Source: Amoebophrya sp. A120
Lineage: Eukaryota > Protista > Dinoflagellata
Length of the DNA: 64,000 bases
NCBI GenBank assembly: GCA_905178155.1
Contig: CAJINV010000003.1
Span: 4,029,253 to 4,093,252, forward strand
Reading direction: 5' to 3'
In this document: positions 22,201 through 32,128 of the stretch, in pieces
How the letters are laid out: each line of letters begins with the position of its first letter
Position numbering within the stretch: position 1 is the first letter of the stretch
The notes under the pieces: model-generated
Database searches by the model: none
What the model was told of the DNA's origin: nothing
The model's input: the letters and a program-made list of their open reading frames with translations, nothing else
Position numbers and translations under genes: made by a program

Positions 22201-25200
22201 AATTTTTCTTCACAAAGGGATCGGAACCAAGCTGCCGGCCGTGGCACTTGGGTTCAACGAAGATCCAGGTGAAAAGGGTTTGTTGTGCGAAGAGATCGAG
22301 ACAGAGTCCACTATGATGACAAAGGCTGAGAAAATGCTTCTTGATCATCAGCGTGCTGGACATCGTAGTCTACCAGGAATAGTAGTCCGATGTCCTGCCT
22401 GCGATCTCGCGAAAAGCAAAGGCGCGCAACATGCAAAAGCGAAGAAAGAATGCTACAAAGTTGAAAAATTCAATGACCAAGTTGATTTTGACTTCACTGG
22501 ACCGTGGGAACCTGACTACTGGTCGCAAAGATGGGTGCTAAATGCCATCGATCAAGCAACCAGCTGGCCTCGTTCTTTCATCTGCAAGAGCAAAGCAGAA
22601 GCAGGCGCAAAGCTGCAGGTCTGGATAAATGAAGAGGGACCACCGAAAAGAGTGAGATCCGACAATGCCAAAGAGTTCAAGGAACCAGGTAGCACTTGGA
22701 AAAAGACAGCACAGAAACAGTCCCCGCCGATTCATACTGACTACTCAGCTCCATACGAACCACAAGAAAATGGAAAAGTTGAAAGATACAATCAAACTCA
22801 CCAGAACGGAGTGAGGGCAATGATGGTCGGAGTCGATAAGCGTATGTGGAGTTATGCAGCACGCACTTTCTCCCACATATTCGCCCGAACCCCTACAGCC
22901 AAAGGAGGCGAGTCGCCATTTGAAAAACGCTTCAAAAGAAAACCTTCCATCAAGTATTTCCGACGTTTCGGATGCTTGGTATACGCGAAGGATCACTCAC
23001 AGAAGTCGAAGCTTGAAGACCGGTTTACCCGTGGAATCTTTCTAGGCTACGCCCAAGAAAATTCTACATACCTGGTAGGCATGTGGTCCGCAGATGGTCG
23101 ATGTAAGAAAAGCTCCAAAATCCGCTTCGGAGTCCACGAGGTGAAGTGTTGTAAGTTTGATGAATCAGTGCTGGTCAGCAAGATAGATGATCTGAAGCCG
23201 GACGCTGACAAGTTGTTAATTGATTTTCCGAATCCGGCGCGTCTGGGTGATAGTTCGCAGCTCGTAGAGCCGAATGTGCCCGCTGTAGATCATGATCAAA
23301 GCAGTCGTGGTCAGGACGCTCCGAGGACCGATCGTTCGAAAGATGAAGAAGATGCGGACAAACGCAGTTCGAAGGAAAAAGAAACCGTCGAAAACGACGA
23401 GGGCAAGAGTTTCGAAGGGGGTGAGCAACCTGAGGAAGGGGGCGAGGAAAATCAAAACCCTAATCAGGATTGGCTCGATTTGTTTTCAGAGGAGGCGCCT
23501 GAAAAATCCCCGAAGCAGAAAAAGAAAGCTGAGAATGGAAATCGAAAAAGAAAGTCTAATACAGTTGATGCTGATGAAAAAGAGAACGAGACACAAGAAG
23601 CGCCTAGGATCCTCGTTGAAGGACCTACACGAAAGAAACTTCGCAAGAAGGGCCGAGGGCATGACAAGAAAAAGCGCAAAGAACGCAACGACAAAGGCCA
23701 AAGTCGTGGCCCTCGAGCAAAGAAAAGGCAGAAAGTCAATCTTGTGTCGTCATCTGACCTTTTGAAAGATCTACCGATGGAATTTGAAAAAGAAGCAGAA
23801 GCTATATTCCAGATTCGTCATGAATTAGAGGAGGACGAAACTCCTTACCTCTTTGGCTTGCAGCACACTTGGGCCAAGTGTCTGGAAAGTCCTGACGCAA
23901 TCAAATGGATCGAGTCAGATACGAAAGAACGCCTAGCGCTAGAAGAAGCAAATACGTGGAGGCATGCAACCGCAGAAGACATCAAAGAGATGGGTGATAA
24001 GTTAGAGATTATCCCGACGGTATGCATCTACACGAAGAAGAGAGACGGACGCTACAAGTGTCGTCTCGTAGCACTAGGAAACAGGCAAAAGCTATCTCTT
24101 CAAGGAGAAATATACAGCCCAACTGTGAGCCATGCCGCTAACAGGTATTTACTTGTTGAAGCAGCAGCACGCGGATGGAAAGTTAGACAGTTCGATATTT
24201 CAAATGCGTTTGTGCGTGCAGCTCTAGGTGACGAGATCGTGTTATGTCGCCTGCCCAAGCACAACAGCTGGAGCAAGAACAAAGAAAAAGGCGATGTTGT
24301 CAGGCTGTTAAAGTCGTTATACGGTCTGAAGATCAGCCCACGCCGCTGGTATGACGAATATTCCGGCAGACTCAAGAAGTTAGGCTGGGTTGTATCCGAA
24401 CACGAACCAGGTTTGTTCAAGAAGTTTGCAAAAGACAAACAGGGAAAAGAGCAAGAGCTCTGGCTAGCAGTTTACGTAGATGACAACATTATCTCAGGCG
24501 AAGATGATGACCTTGTCGCTGCAGAAATGAATGCAATTTTAGCAGAGTTCCCAGGAAAAGAAATTCTCGCAGAATATGACAAGGAAGGCAATGAGATCCG
24601 CGACCTTCTCGGCGCAAAGTTGACCTTCAACGCGAAAAAGAGAGTCATGAAAATCACTTGCGAAGACGCAATTGATAAGCTGCTTGAGAAATTTCACATG
24701 AAGGACTGCCGCGCAGTAGTTTCCCCATGTTTACCAAATTCCCACGCAGACTTGGACTCGCCGTCGAATTCCACATTTCCGATAAGATCGCTAGTAGGCG
24801 GAATGTTGTATATCAGTTGCGTTGCCCGGCCTGATATCGCATTCGCAGTACAAAGAGTAGCGACGCAGGTAGCTAGTCCAACCGACCAAACGGTAAAAGA
24901 TGCTAAGCGTATTCTGGCGTATTTGAAAGGAACCAAATCGCAAGGATTGGAATACAGCAAGCAGCAAGAGAAAAAGTTCAAAGAAATCTACACAAAAGCC
25001 GCAGAGCTAGAAAACAAGGAATACAGAGACACTATTGCTTTCTGCGATGCAGATTTTGCAGGATGTTCTGTAAGTTTTCGATCCACGTCAGGAACAATCC
25101 TATATCGACGCGGAGTTCCCATCTGTTGGAAGTCGAAACGTCAATCGATTCGAGCTACGTCAACAATGGAAGCCGAGTATTGCGCGATGTATGACTGTGT

Positions 25201-26247
25201 AAGGATGACTATGGACCAAGGATATTTGAACTGGTTTTCAGAACAAGAGTCAGGATCTCTACCGTTGATCTTCAACGACAACAAGTCCGCGCTTGCGTTG
25301 AGTCAGACAACCGTAGCCACGAAAAGATCCAAGCACATGAGTCTTCGACTACACCTAGTACGAGACTACGTAAAAGACTTGTGCTATGTAAACACAGATA
25401 TCAATCTAGCGGATGGATTGACAAAACCACTTCCAGGAGAGAAGTATATCCAAATCTTCAAAGCTCCCGCAAGAAAAGCTAATGAAGTATTTGCGAAAGC
25501 TCATTTTGTCGATTTCAATAATCTCTAGGATTTATTGATTCGAATTTCACACGAATTCATCACATCTAAGATTTCTCGAGATGATTTCATGTTCATTCGG
25601 AAGGGGGAATGTAAGCATGATCAAGAGTTTGTTCTTGACAAGCATCCCGATCTGAATTGACTAAATTGAAATCACGATGTAAATCACGATGCTACGATGA
25701 TGATTCAAAATGAGGTCTCATGCAAATCACGAAGTTCATGAGAAGGAACAAAAATGAAGTTCACTCTAATCCCGCACTGTATACTAGTGACGATCAACGA
25801 TTGTTGATCTGATATTTTTCATAAATTTAGGGCGATTAGAACAAATTTGAACTTTCATGTTTTACCCCCTTGACTGAGAACTCAAAATTTGTGTGTTGTC
25901 TGGAACGCTAAATTTTTCCCCACAGGCTGTGACGATAGTCACCATAGATTGATTGCGACTTAGAAACACTGAATCCCACCTAGATTCTGCTTGACATGCA
26001 AGATGGCCAGTGTTCACACCGCCCGCGTTTCTTCGTCGTTGATTGTCTTCACACCGTGAAAATTCGGTTGACAGAAAGGTTTGCAATACAAATGCGTCCA
26101 AGTTCGGGGGTGAGGGCATTTTTCACTTTGATACAGGGACTGATAGATCTCGTTGGACGTGGAGACACTGGTCTGCAAAATGTTGAACAACGAGAAGCAG
26201 AAGGCAAAGACCAGATACAAGGTCGTTGTCAGCAGCACGTCGGCCAT
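10290..26247 (-). CDS. Polycystin-2/TRPP-like cation channel with two tandem channel domains; 6 introners and 4 GT-AG introns
   Basis: Spliced frame is continuous: NEIYQSL|VPRFIHTPW...FDDIRTADDVYIWL (TOP domain), pore 1 FSTWYKAFLTCLRMTMGDFDF...LINMFLSIIVSSY, second TOP MADVEHWAK, pore 2 FASPFRAVLSLFRFMMGD...SKQFLAVMVYSW, then a coiled-coil tail. GT-AG introns 18228-17957, 16563-16370, 13310-13100 and 12169-11921, all phase-compatible. An upstream exon is possible. Confidence 0.85.
12502..12763. mobile_element. Introner family A (262 bp)
   Basis: Family-A TIR; TSD ggtcg; removal restores VLLDRARKE. Confidence 0.92.
13540..13801. mobile_element. Introner family A (262 bp)
   Basis: Family-A TIR; TSD tccgt; removal restores GVMITELLLQ; interior similar to 12502-12763. 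Confidence 0.92.
13847..14126. mobile_element. Introner family B (280 bp)
   Basis: TIR tatcctgggtaaaaacgtacccacacca / tggtgtgggtacgtttttactcaggata; TSD ccacg; removal restores LLYVVLVIWV. Confidence 0.93.
14799..15104. mobile_element. Introner family F (306 bp)
   Basis: TIR tatgggagtgtcagaatcgaaatcgac... / ...gtcaatttcgattctgacacttccata; TSD gatgc; removal restores ANTSIALHEF. Confidence 0.92.
15305..15587. mobile_element. Introner family B (283 bp), diverged TSD
   Basis: Family-B ends; flanks gggat vs gaggt; removal of the element plus 5 bp restores YNLED(L/P)HQYF. Confidence 0.85.
18691..19154 (+). repeat. 5' LTR
   Basis: tgtaagcatg...ggttgaca; I count 4 substitutions against the 3' LTR. 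Confidence 0.96.
20018..21166 (+). CDS. gag: Copia Gag
   Basis: 382 aa; zinc knuckle CSNCNSESHNTKDC; basic tail. Confidence 0.92.
   Translation: MGAPGDDHRPSTSGTVGMLYDAEHEGETGKDFQTFKGSVIAQAFSLNIGPQFKEDLEGKVCMDKWDEVDQLACDQWVADGKHENDFWPTYTTEVRSAYAKLYGTVFKSLTGKARAKAQDIQEEPGADACVVWLMLQIKEKANPQTAGARRMLIKEYFNSKQGEDETVEEHIDKLKNFWNFKLGAKVTAEELRYHCIFGNMREEFDECNKRALANGFSFEETKNHMVEEERALSSNGETTKHKANLVRNKNSRNQHGPRPDHVQKNREKQMFSNMLKKEMPSLIQQAAANLIAQNPNLTQNHTAGSNDDSHAANYAGDSKWCSNCNSESHNTKDCWYKNGNKVNNKSSNKNSGKGNNTNTVRKGNDKPKGGGKKGKGKKGRKY
21167..25528 (+). CDS. pol: Copia Pol (protease, integrase, RT, RNase H), in frame after the gag TGA
   Basis: CDSGATSHM; HQRAGH..CPAC; DFTGP..RSDNAKEF..PQENGKVER; YVDD; FCDADFAG..STMEAEY..DNKSA. 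Confidence 0.95.
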   Translation, partial: VLDGVSKKSSLLHKLQKVRKLFLRLTKTRCYNTNYSRCFSTKFLTKIPPQKNPPQKEQPPGDEPPVTTSHFEEDECVFDSKLDIFNPDSSSLIDMDDLFSNLDKNEDEICTNDAAGPTRQLKGKRKRAELELAEQFATPEMANMTQQVQALESTDREIRKILFPRSHVSDASKAERVEKCNLSQDAVFSIVAKESEQNHSPEYTARKLAHLYSVRESALRKVREANDAHRNKKDEQHRNHETAFNCVDDAICDSGATSHMSGRPEIFESWDDSNPVRITVADGKELDGPGYFGTLKPNALGCKRAIFHPFLPQTLLSVEQLKKEGYRVVFDEGGNYLQSRKTGKRIFLHKGIGTKLPAVALGFNEDPGEKGLLCEEIETESTMMTKAEKMLLDHQRAGHRSLPGIVVRCPACDLAKSKGAQHAKAKKECYKVEKFNDQVDFDFTGPWEPDYWSQRWVLNAIDQATSWPRSFICKSKAEAGAKLQVWINEEGPPKRVRSDNAKEFKEPGSTWKKTAQKQSPPIHTDYSAPYEPQENGKVERYNQTHQNGVRAMMVGVDKRMWSYAARTFSHIFARTPTAKGGESPFEKRFKRKPSIKYFRRFGCLVYAKDHSQKSKLEDRFTRGIFLGYAQENSTYLVGMWSADGRCKKSSKIRFGVHEVKCCKFDESVLVSKIDDLKPDADKLLIDFPNPARLGDSSQLVEPNVPAVDHDQSSRGQDAPRTDRSKDEEDADKRSSKEKETVENDEGKSFEGGEQPEEGGEENQNPNQDWLDLFSEEAPEKSPKQKKKAENGNRKRKSNTVDADEKENETQEAPRILVEGPTRKKLRKKGRGHDKKKRKERNDKGQSRGPRAKKRQKVNLVSSSDLLKDLPMEFEKEAEAIFQIRHELEEDETPYLFGLQHTWAKCLESPDAIKWIESDTKERLALEEANTWRHATAEDIKEMGDKLEIIPTVCIYTKKRDGRYKCRLVALGNRQKLSLQGEIYSPTVSHAANRYLLVEAAARGWKVRQFDISNAFVRAALGDEIVLCRLPKHNSWSKNKEKGDVVRLLKSLYGLKISPRRWYDEYSGRLKKLGWVVSEHEPGLFKKFAKDKQGKEQELWLAVYVDDNIISGEDDDLVAAEMNAILAEFPGKEILAEYDKEGNEIRDLLGAKLTFNAKKRVMKITCEDAIDKLLEKFHMKDCRAVVSPCLPNSHADLDSPSNSTFPIRSLVGGMLYISCVARPDIAFAVQRVATQVASPTDQTVKDAKRILAYLKGTKSQGLEYSKQQEKKFKEIYTKAAELENKEYRDTIAFCDADFAGCSVSFRSTSGTILYRRGVPICWKSKRQSIRATSTMEAEYCAMYDCVRMTMDQGYLNWFSEQESGSLPLIFNDNKSALALSQTTVATKRSKHMSLRLHLVRDYVKDLCYVNTDINLADGLTKPLPGEKYIQIFKAPARKANEVFAKAHFVDFNNL
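25599..25609 (+). other. Polypurine tract
   Basis: ggaagggggaa directly before the 3' LTR. Confidence 0.9.
25610..26073 (+). repeat. 3' LTR
   Basis: 464-bp direct repeat of 18691-19154. Confidence 0.96.
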
Positions 26248-27067
26248 CCTGGTGCCGATGCCGCGCTCGCGGCCCCGCCTCGCAGAGCGGGTGGACGGCT
26301 TTTGCGCTTGCTAGACCTGGTCTTGCAGCGGCAAGCCAGCGAGGACGAGACGAAGCACACTGTCGTCGCTACATGATTGCCTTGTTGTCGTTGTTCATCA
26401 GGTTCCGATCTCGTAGCCGGGCTGCACTTTCTGCTGCGAAGTTTGAGGAGATACTGATAGATGAGATAGACGTCGAGATGCTTTATTGTTCATCATCTTC
26501 ATTGAGATATTTTTTTACATATACCAAGATGCTTGTGCTTGTCGTTATGCGTCGTCAAAAACCTCCCTCGTTTCTTACAGCCATCGCTCCCGCTCCGTGA
26601 ACCTGACTCGAACTCTGTGTACATAGCCAGAGAGAGATACTAAAATCCTCGGAAAACTGCATGACAGGCTGGAAACACGAATGCGCAAGGTTGTAGAGCG
26701 AAAGAATGACTTTCACGTTCCGACACGCAAAAGCTTTAGCCTGCGAAAGTTACATTCGCTAGCATTCCACCTTCATCAACTGCCGAATGTTTAGTACGCA
26801 TGAAAAAGTGTGAGTTGAAGAACTACGACTACGAGCTTAATCTTCGATAGCCACGATGTAGCGCCACAAAGAAACATAAGTAGAGTCTTTCTATATGAAT
26901 CTAGAAGCGGACACATAAAGTGCGTTGATTTTCCATGGTTTCGTCGTTTCGTTTCTCACCTATCTATGCATGTGAAAGAAGTTAGAGTTACGTTGTTCGC
27001 GATGTTACATCAACAAAGACCACAACTTCCATCTATGGTCCATCTGTTCTTTACTTTTATCGAATCA

Positions 27068-30000
27068 TCATGTGAAGGCGGTGACAATTTCGTGCTCACT
27101 GGCACCACCGACTAAGACACACCGCGAAAGCCCCTGCGTAATGGTGTCCACGAGACGGAAGTAGGGAAGACTCGAAGCGGATCCGCGAAACTCAGGGAAG
27201 TTCATGAGAACCAAGGAGGACTCGGCAGAGTGCTCCCGAATGACCTTGTTTAGGCGTTCCGCTAGATCGAGACCCCCGTCCGACCGGCCCAACGTGCCCC
27301 GCGACTGCCACCGCGTCAGCTTTGGTGTCGGTTTAGATTCTGACGTCGTGGTTGGAGCTTCCTTTTCCTTACTCGTCGTTGTGAAGAGGTTATTTTCATC
27401 CTTGGAATTTGTCGACGTGGTCGAGTTATTGATTGTATCTGCTGAAGTGGCCGCGAGAACTTCCTGTATCTCAATTTGTTCTAGCGTCGTAGCCGCACGG
27501 ATCGCAGCGCTGACGGGAACGAGGTGAACGCTACTGTCCACGGGCGCTGGCGGGCCTCCCGGGCTGAGTTTCGATGCTTGCCGACTCCCAGCTGCAGACT
27601 CAATAAAAGACGCGGCATCTTCGTCATCTTGCAAAGATTCTGCGTTGAAGAGAAAGCTGGCCGAGTTGTGCACGAGCGGGTTTTTCCGTACGAGGCCCAT
27701 TTTTTCAGTGGGCACCAGCTCGGCTGCATCTACTGCCTTTACTTCCAACATCCCAGAACGCGATGCAAACGGAGCATCATCAAGAAGATCTTCACGTCCT
27801 TCCTGCTCGTTGTTACCGCCTGCTCCTACGACCGGAATACTAGTTGTGTGCAACGGAACAACGTGGACCTCGAGCTTTAACCGCAGATCGGCGCAGTATG
27901 TTTCCAGGTCTTGTCGCATTTTGTCAGCACTTGTCCTCCTGCTTGCGGCAGAACAATCCTCGGTCTCTACTTGCGTTGTACCTTCGCCGTTATTTCCCGC
28001 GAGTCTGGACTGCAGGTCTTCGTTATCCAGAGCGACCGTGAAGAGCCGGGCGCCCTTGGTTTTCGCCCACACGGGATTTTGCCGCAGAAGATGTGGCAAG
28101 AGGAGAATGATGCCCCCGTCCCCCAGGACCCACCACACATCGATGTAACCGCGCATCGGCTTACTCGCAGGGTGCTGCTGCTGCGCAGTGCCGACGCTCG
28201 GGCGTGGCTTCTTCGCAACTCCACTGACTAGTTGGTGGTGGCCGTGGCTGCTGTGGTGGTGTCCGACGAGGTGCTCGATGCTGGGCCAGTGCGCCCCGGG
28301 GCCGAGCTTCGTTACGAGAAGCAGCTTGTCGAACGCCTTCGCGCCCTCGAGCGCCTGCAAGAGGCGGTAGCGTGTCCGGTGCGCACGGTTCACCTTCGTC
28401 TTCTTCCAGAGCTGCTGGAGCATGCGCACGCGCGGGTCGTGACTGGCCCGGTCCTGCACCACCGTGGACATGTCGTCTTCGTCCCACTGATCCTTGGGGG
28501 GAAACGCCATCAGCACGCAGTTGGGCTGCAGCGGCCCGATGCCGGCGGATTGCATCAAGTCTAGGGTGCTAGCCGCCCGGTCGGCGGTGTAAACCCAGTG
28601 CACGAAGCCCACCAGCCCGTGGCTTTTCATCAGCTTCTGCATCTTCAACTTTCGATCGTACAAGACGTGTCGATACTTCTCGATGCTCCCTTTATTGCTC
28701 CTTGTCGTGCCGTTCGTCGGCCTAGTTCTTCTCGCGGCAGTAACAACTTCGTCGTCCTTGGTGGTTGCTGCCAGAGCGGTAGGAGATGAGTTAGCGCCGC
28801 CTCGTGCAGCAATTGTAGCGGGCGTCGTGGTAAATATGCTTCGGCTACTGACAGACTCATTGTTTTTGCTTCGGCTCCGACTTCGGGGAGAGGACCGAGA
28901 TTTCATCTTGAGGTCCATCACGGCACTGGAAAGGAGGGCAAAGCCACGAGACGCTGAGGGCGAGGCAGGCAGGGGGAGCTGAGGATCTTCTGCATCGTCT
29001 ACTTCGTGATCTTGTACAACTCCGCTGGTCTGTCGCGCCGGCGTGCCCGAAGCCAGCAGGGCGGCAGGTGAGGGGAGCGTTGAGGTTGGGGAGCGCCGCG
29101 CCACCGAGAATTCGCCACTCTTGGCCCGCTCAATGTCGATCATGTGGGAAGAAAGCGCGCGTGAGCCGGCATCAGTTGGATCGGAGTCGTGGTTTCTTCT
29201 GCCGCCGCTCGTCTCTGTCTGGTCTACTTTTGTACTAAAGTCGATGTGTTTTTCTTCCATGTAGCGCTGTAGTTCTCGCTTCAAGAATCCAGTTTCGCCA
29301 AACAACGAGTCGCCGTGGCTGGAGCACAAGACGGCTACCTCCATCAGACCTGATCTGTGAGAAATTTGCTCGGCAAAGGCGAGCAATTCTGGATTTTCGA
29401 CTTGCAGAAAATTTTCCTCGTCATGATGCGACTTCTTTGCAATTGCATCTCCGTCAGTACGGCTACTCCCAGATGAATGATCCGCAACAACATAGCTGGT
29501 GTGGGACATCATGACCTCATGATCCGTCGTTTTCTCTACTACAACTACTTTGGACGATGATCTTTGCTCAACTACAGGCACAGCATCTTCTGCGGTCGTG
29601 GCGTGTCTGTTTGCACGTTCACGGAGCTCATCTGCTATCTGCACTTCTGCTTCTACTGCACCGACCGCAAGCCCAGCCTCGGCTCCGAGAGTTGTTGTAG
29701 CGGGAAACAAAATTCCAATGCTCTCGTCGTCCATGTCGCCTGAAATGTTTGATGCGTGGCCGGACACGTTACGCTCAAGCGCCAGACGGCTTCCTCGACG
29801 ACTGGAGGGGGGCTGCTGGTCGCGCTGGTGTTTCATCTTTGCGGCACGTTTGGACGGGGTTGTCGCACTGTTCAACATTATGCCGTGCTGGGTACCTTCG
29901 CGAGGAACTACACGAAGGTGCCGCAAGGCGTCCGCGTTGTCCGGCAGTTGCACGTCCAGAATGTCTACTTCGGGCGAGGTGAGGACCAAAATCTGCGGCC

Positions 30001-32128
30001 TCCAGTTCTTCGTGTGGACTTCGTCATCCATGTGCAACAAGAGGTAGCGCACGAGCTGAAACTTCATCCCCTGGAAGCCGTCGCCCCAGTGGACGTTTGC
30101 GGAGTGGTAGGCCGCGTAGACGTGGATGAGCAGGCAGAAGGCGAGAGCGATGATCGCTGTGTACCAGGACATGGCAAACATCAGAAACACGCACAAAAAC
30201 GCGCCCAGGAGCGACACATTGCGGTGGTAGTAGCGAAATTTGGGCCGCCAGTTGGGGTCGCGCGCGTAGCTCAGGATCGCGCACGACAGGTTCACGCACA
30301 CGTAGCACATCAGAAAAAACATCGTCAGGACGGAAGCCACCACGTTCAACTCCCCGACGCCGATAGCGGCGGCGCACAAGGTTCCACAACACGCCAAGGC
30401 TGCGTACGGCTCTCCCGCCGGAGCGGGGGTTGGTGGAGCTGCTGACGGCCCAGCAGAACCATTGATGCGCGACGATGGTAGAGCAAGTGCGGCTTTATTT
30501 CTGGCAGCGGGGGGCGACCGTGAGGAAGCTGCAGGTCTCGGTTTCGACTTCGTTTGATGTTCCTGCGGTGGCGTTGCACCATTTGCAGAGGGCGGCTCTT
30601 GAAGTCCTTCTTCTTCTGCTTGAGCTTGTTCCGGTACTTTTCCAACAAAAATGGTCCCCGTCTCGTTCTTGTGTTTGCTGGCGGGGCGTTCGTGGTCCGC
30701 CCCTTTGGTGCTTCTACGCACGGCTGGTCGGCACCAGGCTAAAAAGCATATTTTCCGGAGCAGGTTGACCAAGCCTGGTGGTAACAACAGCGTGACGACA
30801 CTCGACCACTTCTGTCGGAGGGTTTCATCATTCCAGAAAAAGAAGCGACGCACCGCTACCTCTTTTCCGCTCTTTGTGGCTACAGGCGCACGTCTCGGCG
30901 CAAAGAACCGGAGCGCGGGTAAGGTTCCGTCCGAGGCGATGGCTGCTAGTAGTCGCGTTCCGGAGACAAGAGAGCTCAAGCCGGCACCGAGCGTCGAGGC
31001 CATAACGCCATATACCACGCACTCGCGCGCCGGCCATGTGGCCGTGGCCGCAAAAAACTTGTCGTCCAGCAGGGTTTGCCGCGGCGCCGCGCCAGCATAC
31101 AAAATCGCGAAGCTTACATAAATAAAGGCGGTCAGAAGGTAGGCGATGAAGGTCCCGACGGGAATGTCGCGACTGGGATTGTGCAGGTCCGCGGACCGGT
31201 TGCTCCCTGCTTCGAAGCCAGTCACCGCGGGAAACCAGATGGCCAGCAGAGAAACGAAAGAGTGTTCGCGGTGTGTGCCGTCCTGCGGAAATGCGTACTG
31301 GGGAGCATCCAGCGCCGGAGGCCAATTTCTGTCAAACAGCAGGCTTGCATCGTGGAAACTGCCACTCCACTGCAGGGACTTCTCACTTCCTGTTTGTGTT
31401 TCTGCAGCAGTTGATGTTGAGTTTGTTGACCTGGTGGAATCACTTCCAGGAGCTTTCGCAATTCCGTGGTGGTTCGCACCAGCGTCGTGCTGTAGATCGA
31501 TGGTGTACTCCGCCGAGGTGGCACAGCAGGAGGCATGTGGGCCCTGGAAGAGGCCCAGATACATCGTGACGATGGCAAAGAGCGTGATCACCATGAACAC
31601 CGTCCCGGTTCGGGCCACGATGTTGATCCCAAGCCCTACGGCGGTCACGGCGAACGCCAGGACCAGCAAACCGGTGAGACGGATGTTTGCGAGACTGCCG
31701 ACCGGCCCGCCGAGCTGGTACTCGGGCTGCGCGACTTCCCAAGCCTCGACCGTTCCCAGGAAGTACATCGCCGCCCCGATGCTGTTGGCCAAGAAAAAGC
31801 ACAGTCCCACGGCCGCCCCGATGGCCGGACCCATGGAGCGCGAAATTAGGAAGTACGCGCCGCCGCCCTGAATCTTTCCGTTGGTCGCCACAGCTGCCAA
31901 AGAGGACGCCGTTATGCCCGTGACCAACAACGAGAAAACCACCATCAAGGTGCCCATCCAGGTGCCCGCCTTGCCCATCAACCAGGGCAACCGTAGAAAC
32001 AGAATTACACCCAAGATGTTGCTTACGCAGGGAAAAATGACACCGAGGTACAGGCCCTGCTTGTTGTTGCGACTTGGCTTTATTGCGGGAGCCGCGTCGC
32101 CTGTTTGGCTTTGGCTTTGGATGGCCAT
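27068..32128 (-). CDS. SLC12 cation-chloride cotransporter (KCC-like), intronless, with long low-complexity insertions
   Basis: NILGVILFLRLPW, ATNGKIQGGGAYFLISRSMGP, FPAVTGFEAGSNRSADL, PNWRPKFRYYH, HTKNWRPQIL, IDVWW..DGG. First ATG at 32128; frame open to 32236. Confidence 0.93.
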   Translation of the reverse strand: MAIQSQSQTGDAAPAIKPSRNNKQGLYLGVIFPCVSNILGVILFLRLPWLMGKAGTWMGTLMVVFSLLVTGITASSLAAVATNGKIQGGGAYFLISRSMGPAIGAAVGLCFFLANSIGAAMYFLGTVEAWEVAQPEYQLGGPVGSLANIRLTGLLVLAFAVTAVGLGINIVARTGTVFMVITLFAIVTMYLGLFQGPHASCCATSAEYTIDLQHDAGANHHGIAKAPGSDSTRSTNSTSTAAETQTGSEKSLQWSGSFHDASLLFDRNWPPALDAPQYAFPQDGTHREHSFVSLLAIWFPAVTGFEAGSNRSADLHNPSRDIPVGTFIAYLLTAFIYVSFAILYAGAAPRQTLLDDKFFAATATWPARECVVYGVMASTLGAGLSSLVSGTRLLAAIASDGTLPALRFFAPRRAPVATKSGKEVAVRRFFFWNDETLRQKWSSVVTLLLPPGLVNLLRKICFLAWCRPAVRRSTKGADHERPASKHKNETGTIFVGKVPEQAQAEEEGLQEPPSANGATPPQEHQTKSKPRPAASSRSPPAARNKAALALPSSRINGSAGPSAAPPTPAPAGEPYAALACCGTLCAAAIGVGELNVVASVLTMFFLMCYVCVNLSCAILSYARDPNWRPKFRYYHRNVSLLGAFLCVFLMFAMSWYTAIIALAFCLLIHVYAAYHSANVHWGDGFQGMKFQLVRYLLLHMDDEVHTKNWRPQILVLTSPEVDILDVQLPDNADALRHLRVVPREGTQHGIMLNSATTPSKRAAKMKHQRDQQPPSSRRGSRLALERNVSGHASNISGDMDDESIGILFPATTTLGAEAGLAVGAVEAEVQIADELRERANRHATTAEDAVPVVEQRSSSKVVVVEKTTDHEVMMSHTSYVVADHSSGSSRTDGDAIAKKSHHDEENFLQVENPELLAFAEQISHRSGLMEVAVLCSSHGDSLFGETGFLKRELQRYMEEKHIDFSTKVDQTETSGGRRNHDSDPTDAGSRALSSHMIDIERAKSGEFSVARRSPTSTLPSPAALLASGTPARQTSGVVQDHEVDDAEDPQLPLPASPSASRGFALLSSAVMDLKMKSRSSPRSRSRSKNNESVSSRSIFTTTPATIAARGGANSSPTALAATTKDDEVVTAARRTRPTNGTTRSNKGSIEKYRHVLYDRKLKMQKLMKSHGLVGFVHWVYTADRAASTLDLMQSAGIGPLQPNCVLMAFPPKDQWDEDDMSTVVQDRASHDPRVRMLQQLWKKTKVNRAHRTRYRLLQALEGAKAFDKLLLVTKLGPGAHWPSIEHLVGHHHSSHGHHQLVSGVAKKPRPSVGTAQQQHPASKPMRGYIDVWWVLGDGGIILLLPHLLRQNPVWAKTKGARLFTVALDNEDLQSRLAGNNGEGTTQVETEDCSAASRRTSADKMRQDLETYCADLRLKLEVHVVPLHTTSIPVVGAGGNNEQEGREDLLDDAPFASRSGMLEVKAVDAAELVPTEKMGLVRKNPLVHNSASFLFNAESLQDDEDAASFIESAAGSRQASKLSPGGPPAPVDSSVHLVPVSAAIRAATTLEQIEIQEVLAATSADTINNSTTSTNSKDENNLFTTTSKEKEAPTTTSESKPTPKLTRWQSRGTLGRSDGGLDLAERLNKVIREHSAESSLVLMNFPEFRGSASSLPYFRLVDTITQGLSRCVLVGGASEHEIVTAFT

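Larger units (their letters stand above)
18691..26073 (+). mobile_element. Full-length Ty1/copia LTR retrotransposon
   Basis: 464-bp LTRs with TGT...ACA ends, TSD gaaag, polypurine tract, gag plus pol in PR-IN-RT-RH order. Confidence 0.97.
18441..26133. mobile_element. Introner family E (about 305 bp empty) containing a nested copia element
   Basis: TIR tattacagtgaaaagtgcccccatcccc / ggggtgagggcatttttcactttgata; TSD caggg (18436-18440 and 26134-26138); removal restores IYQSLVPRF. Confidence 0.9.
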
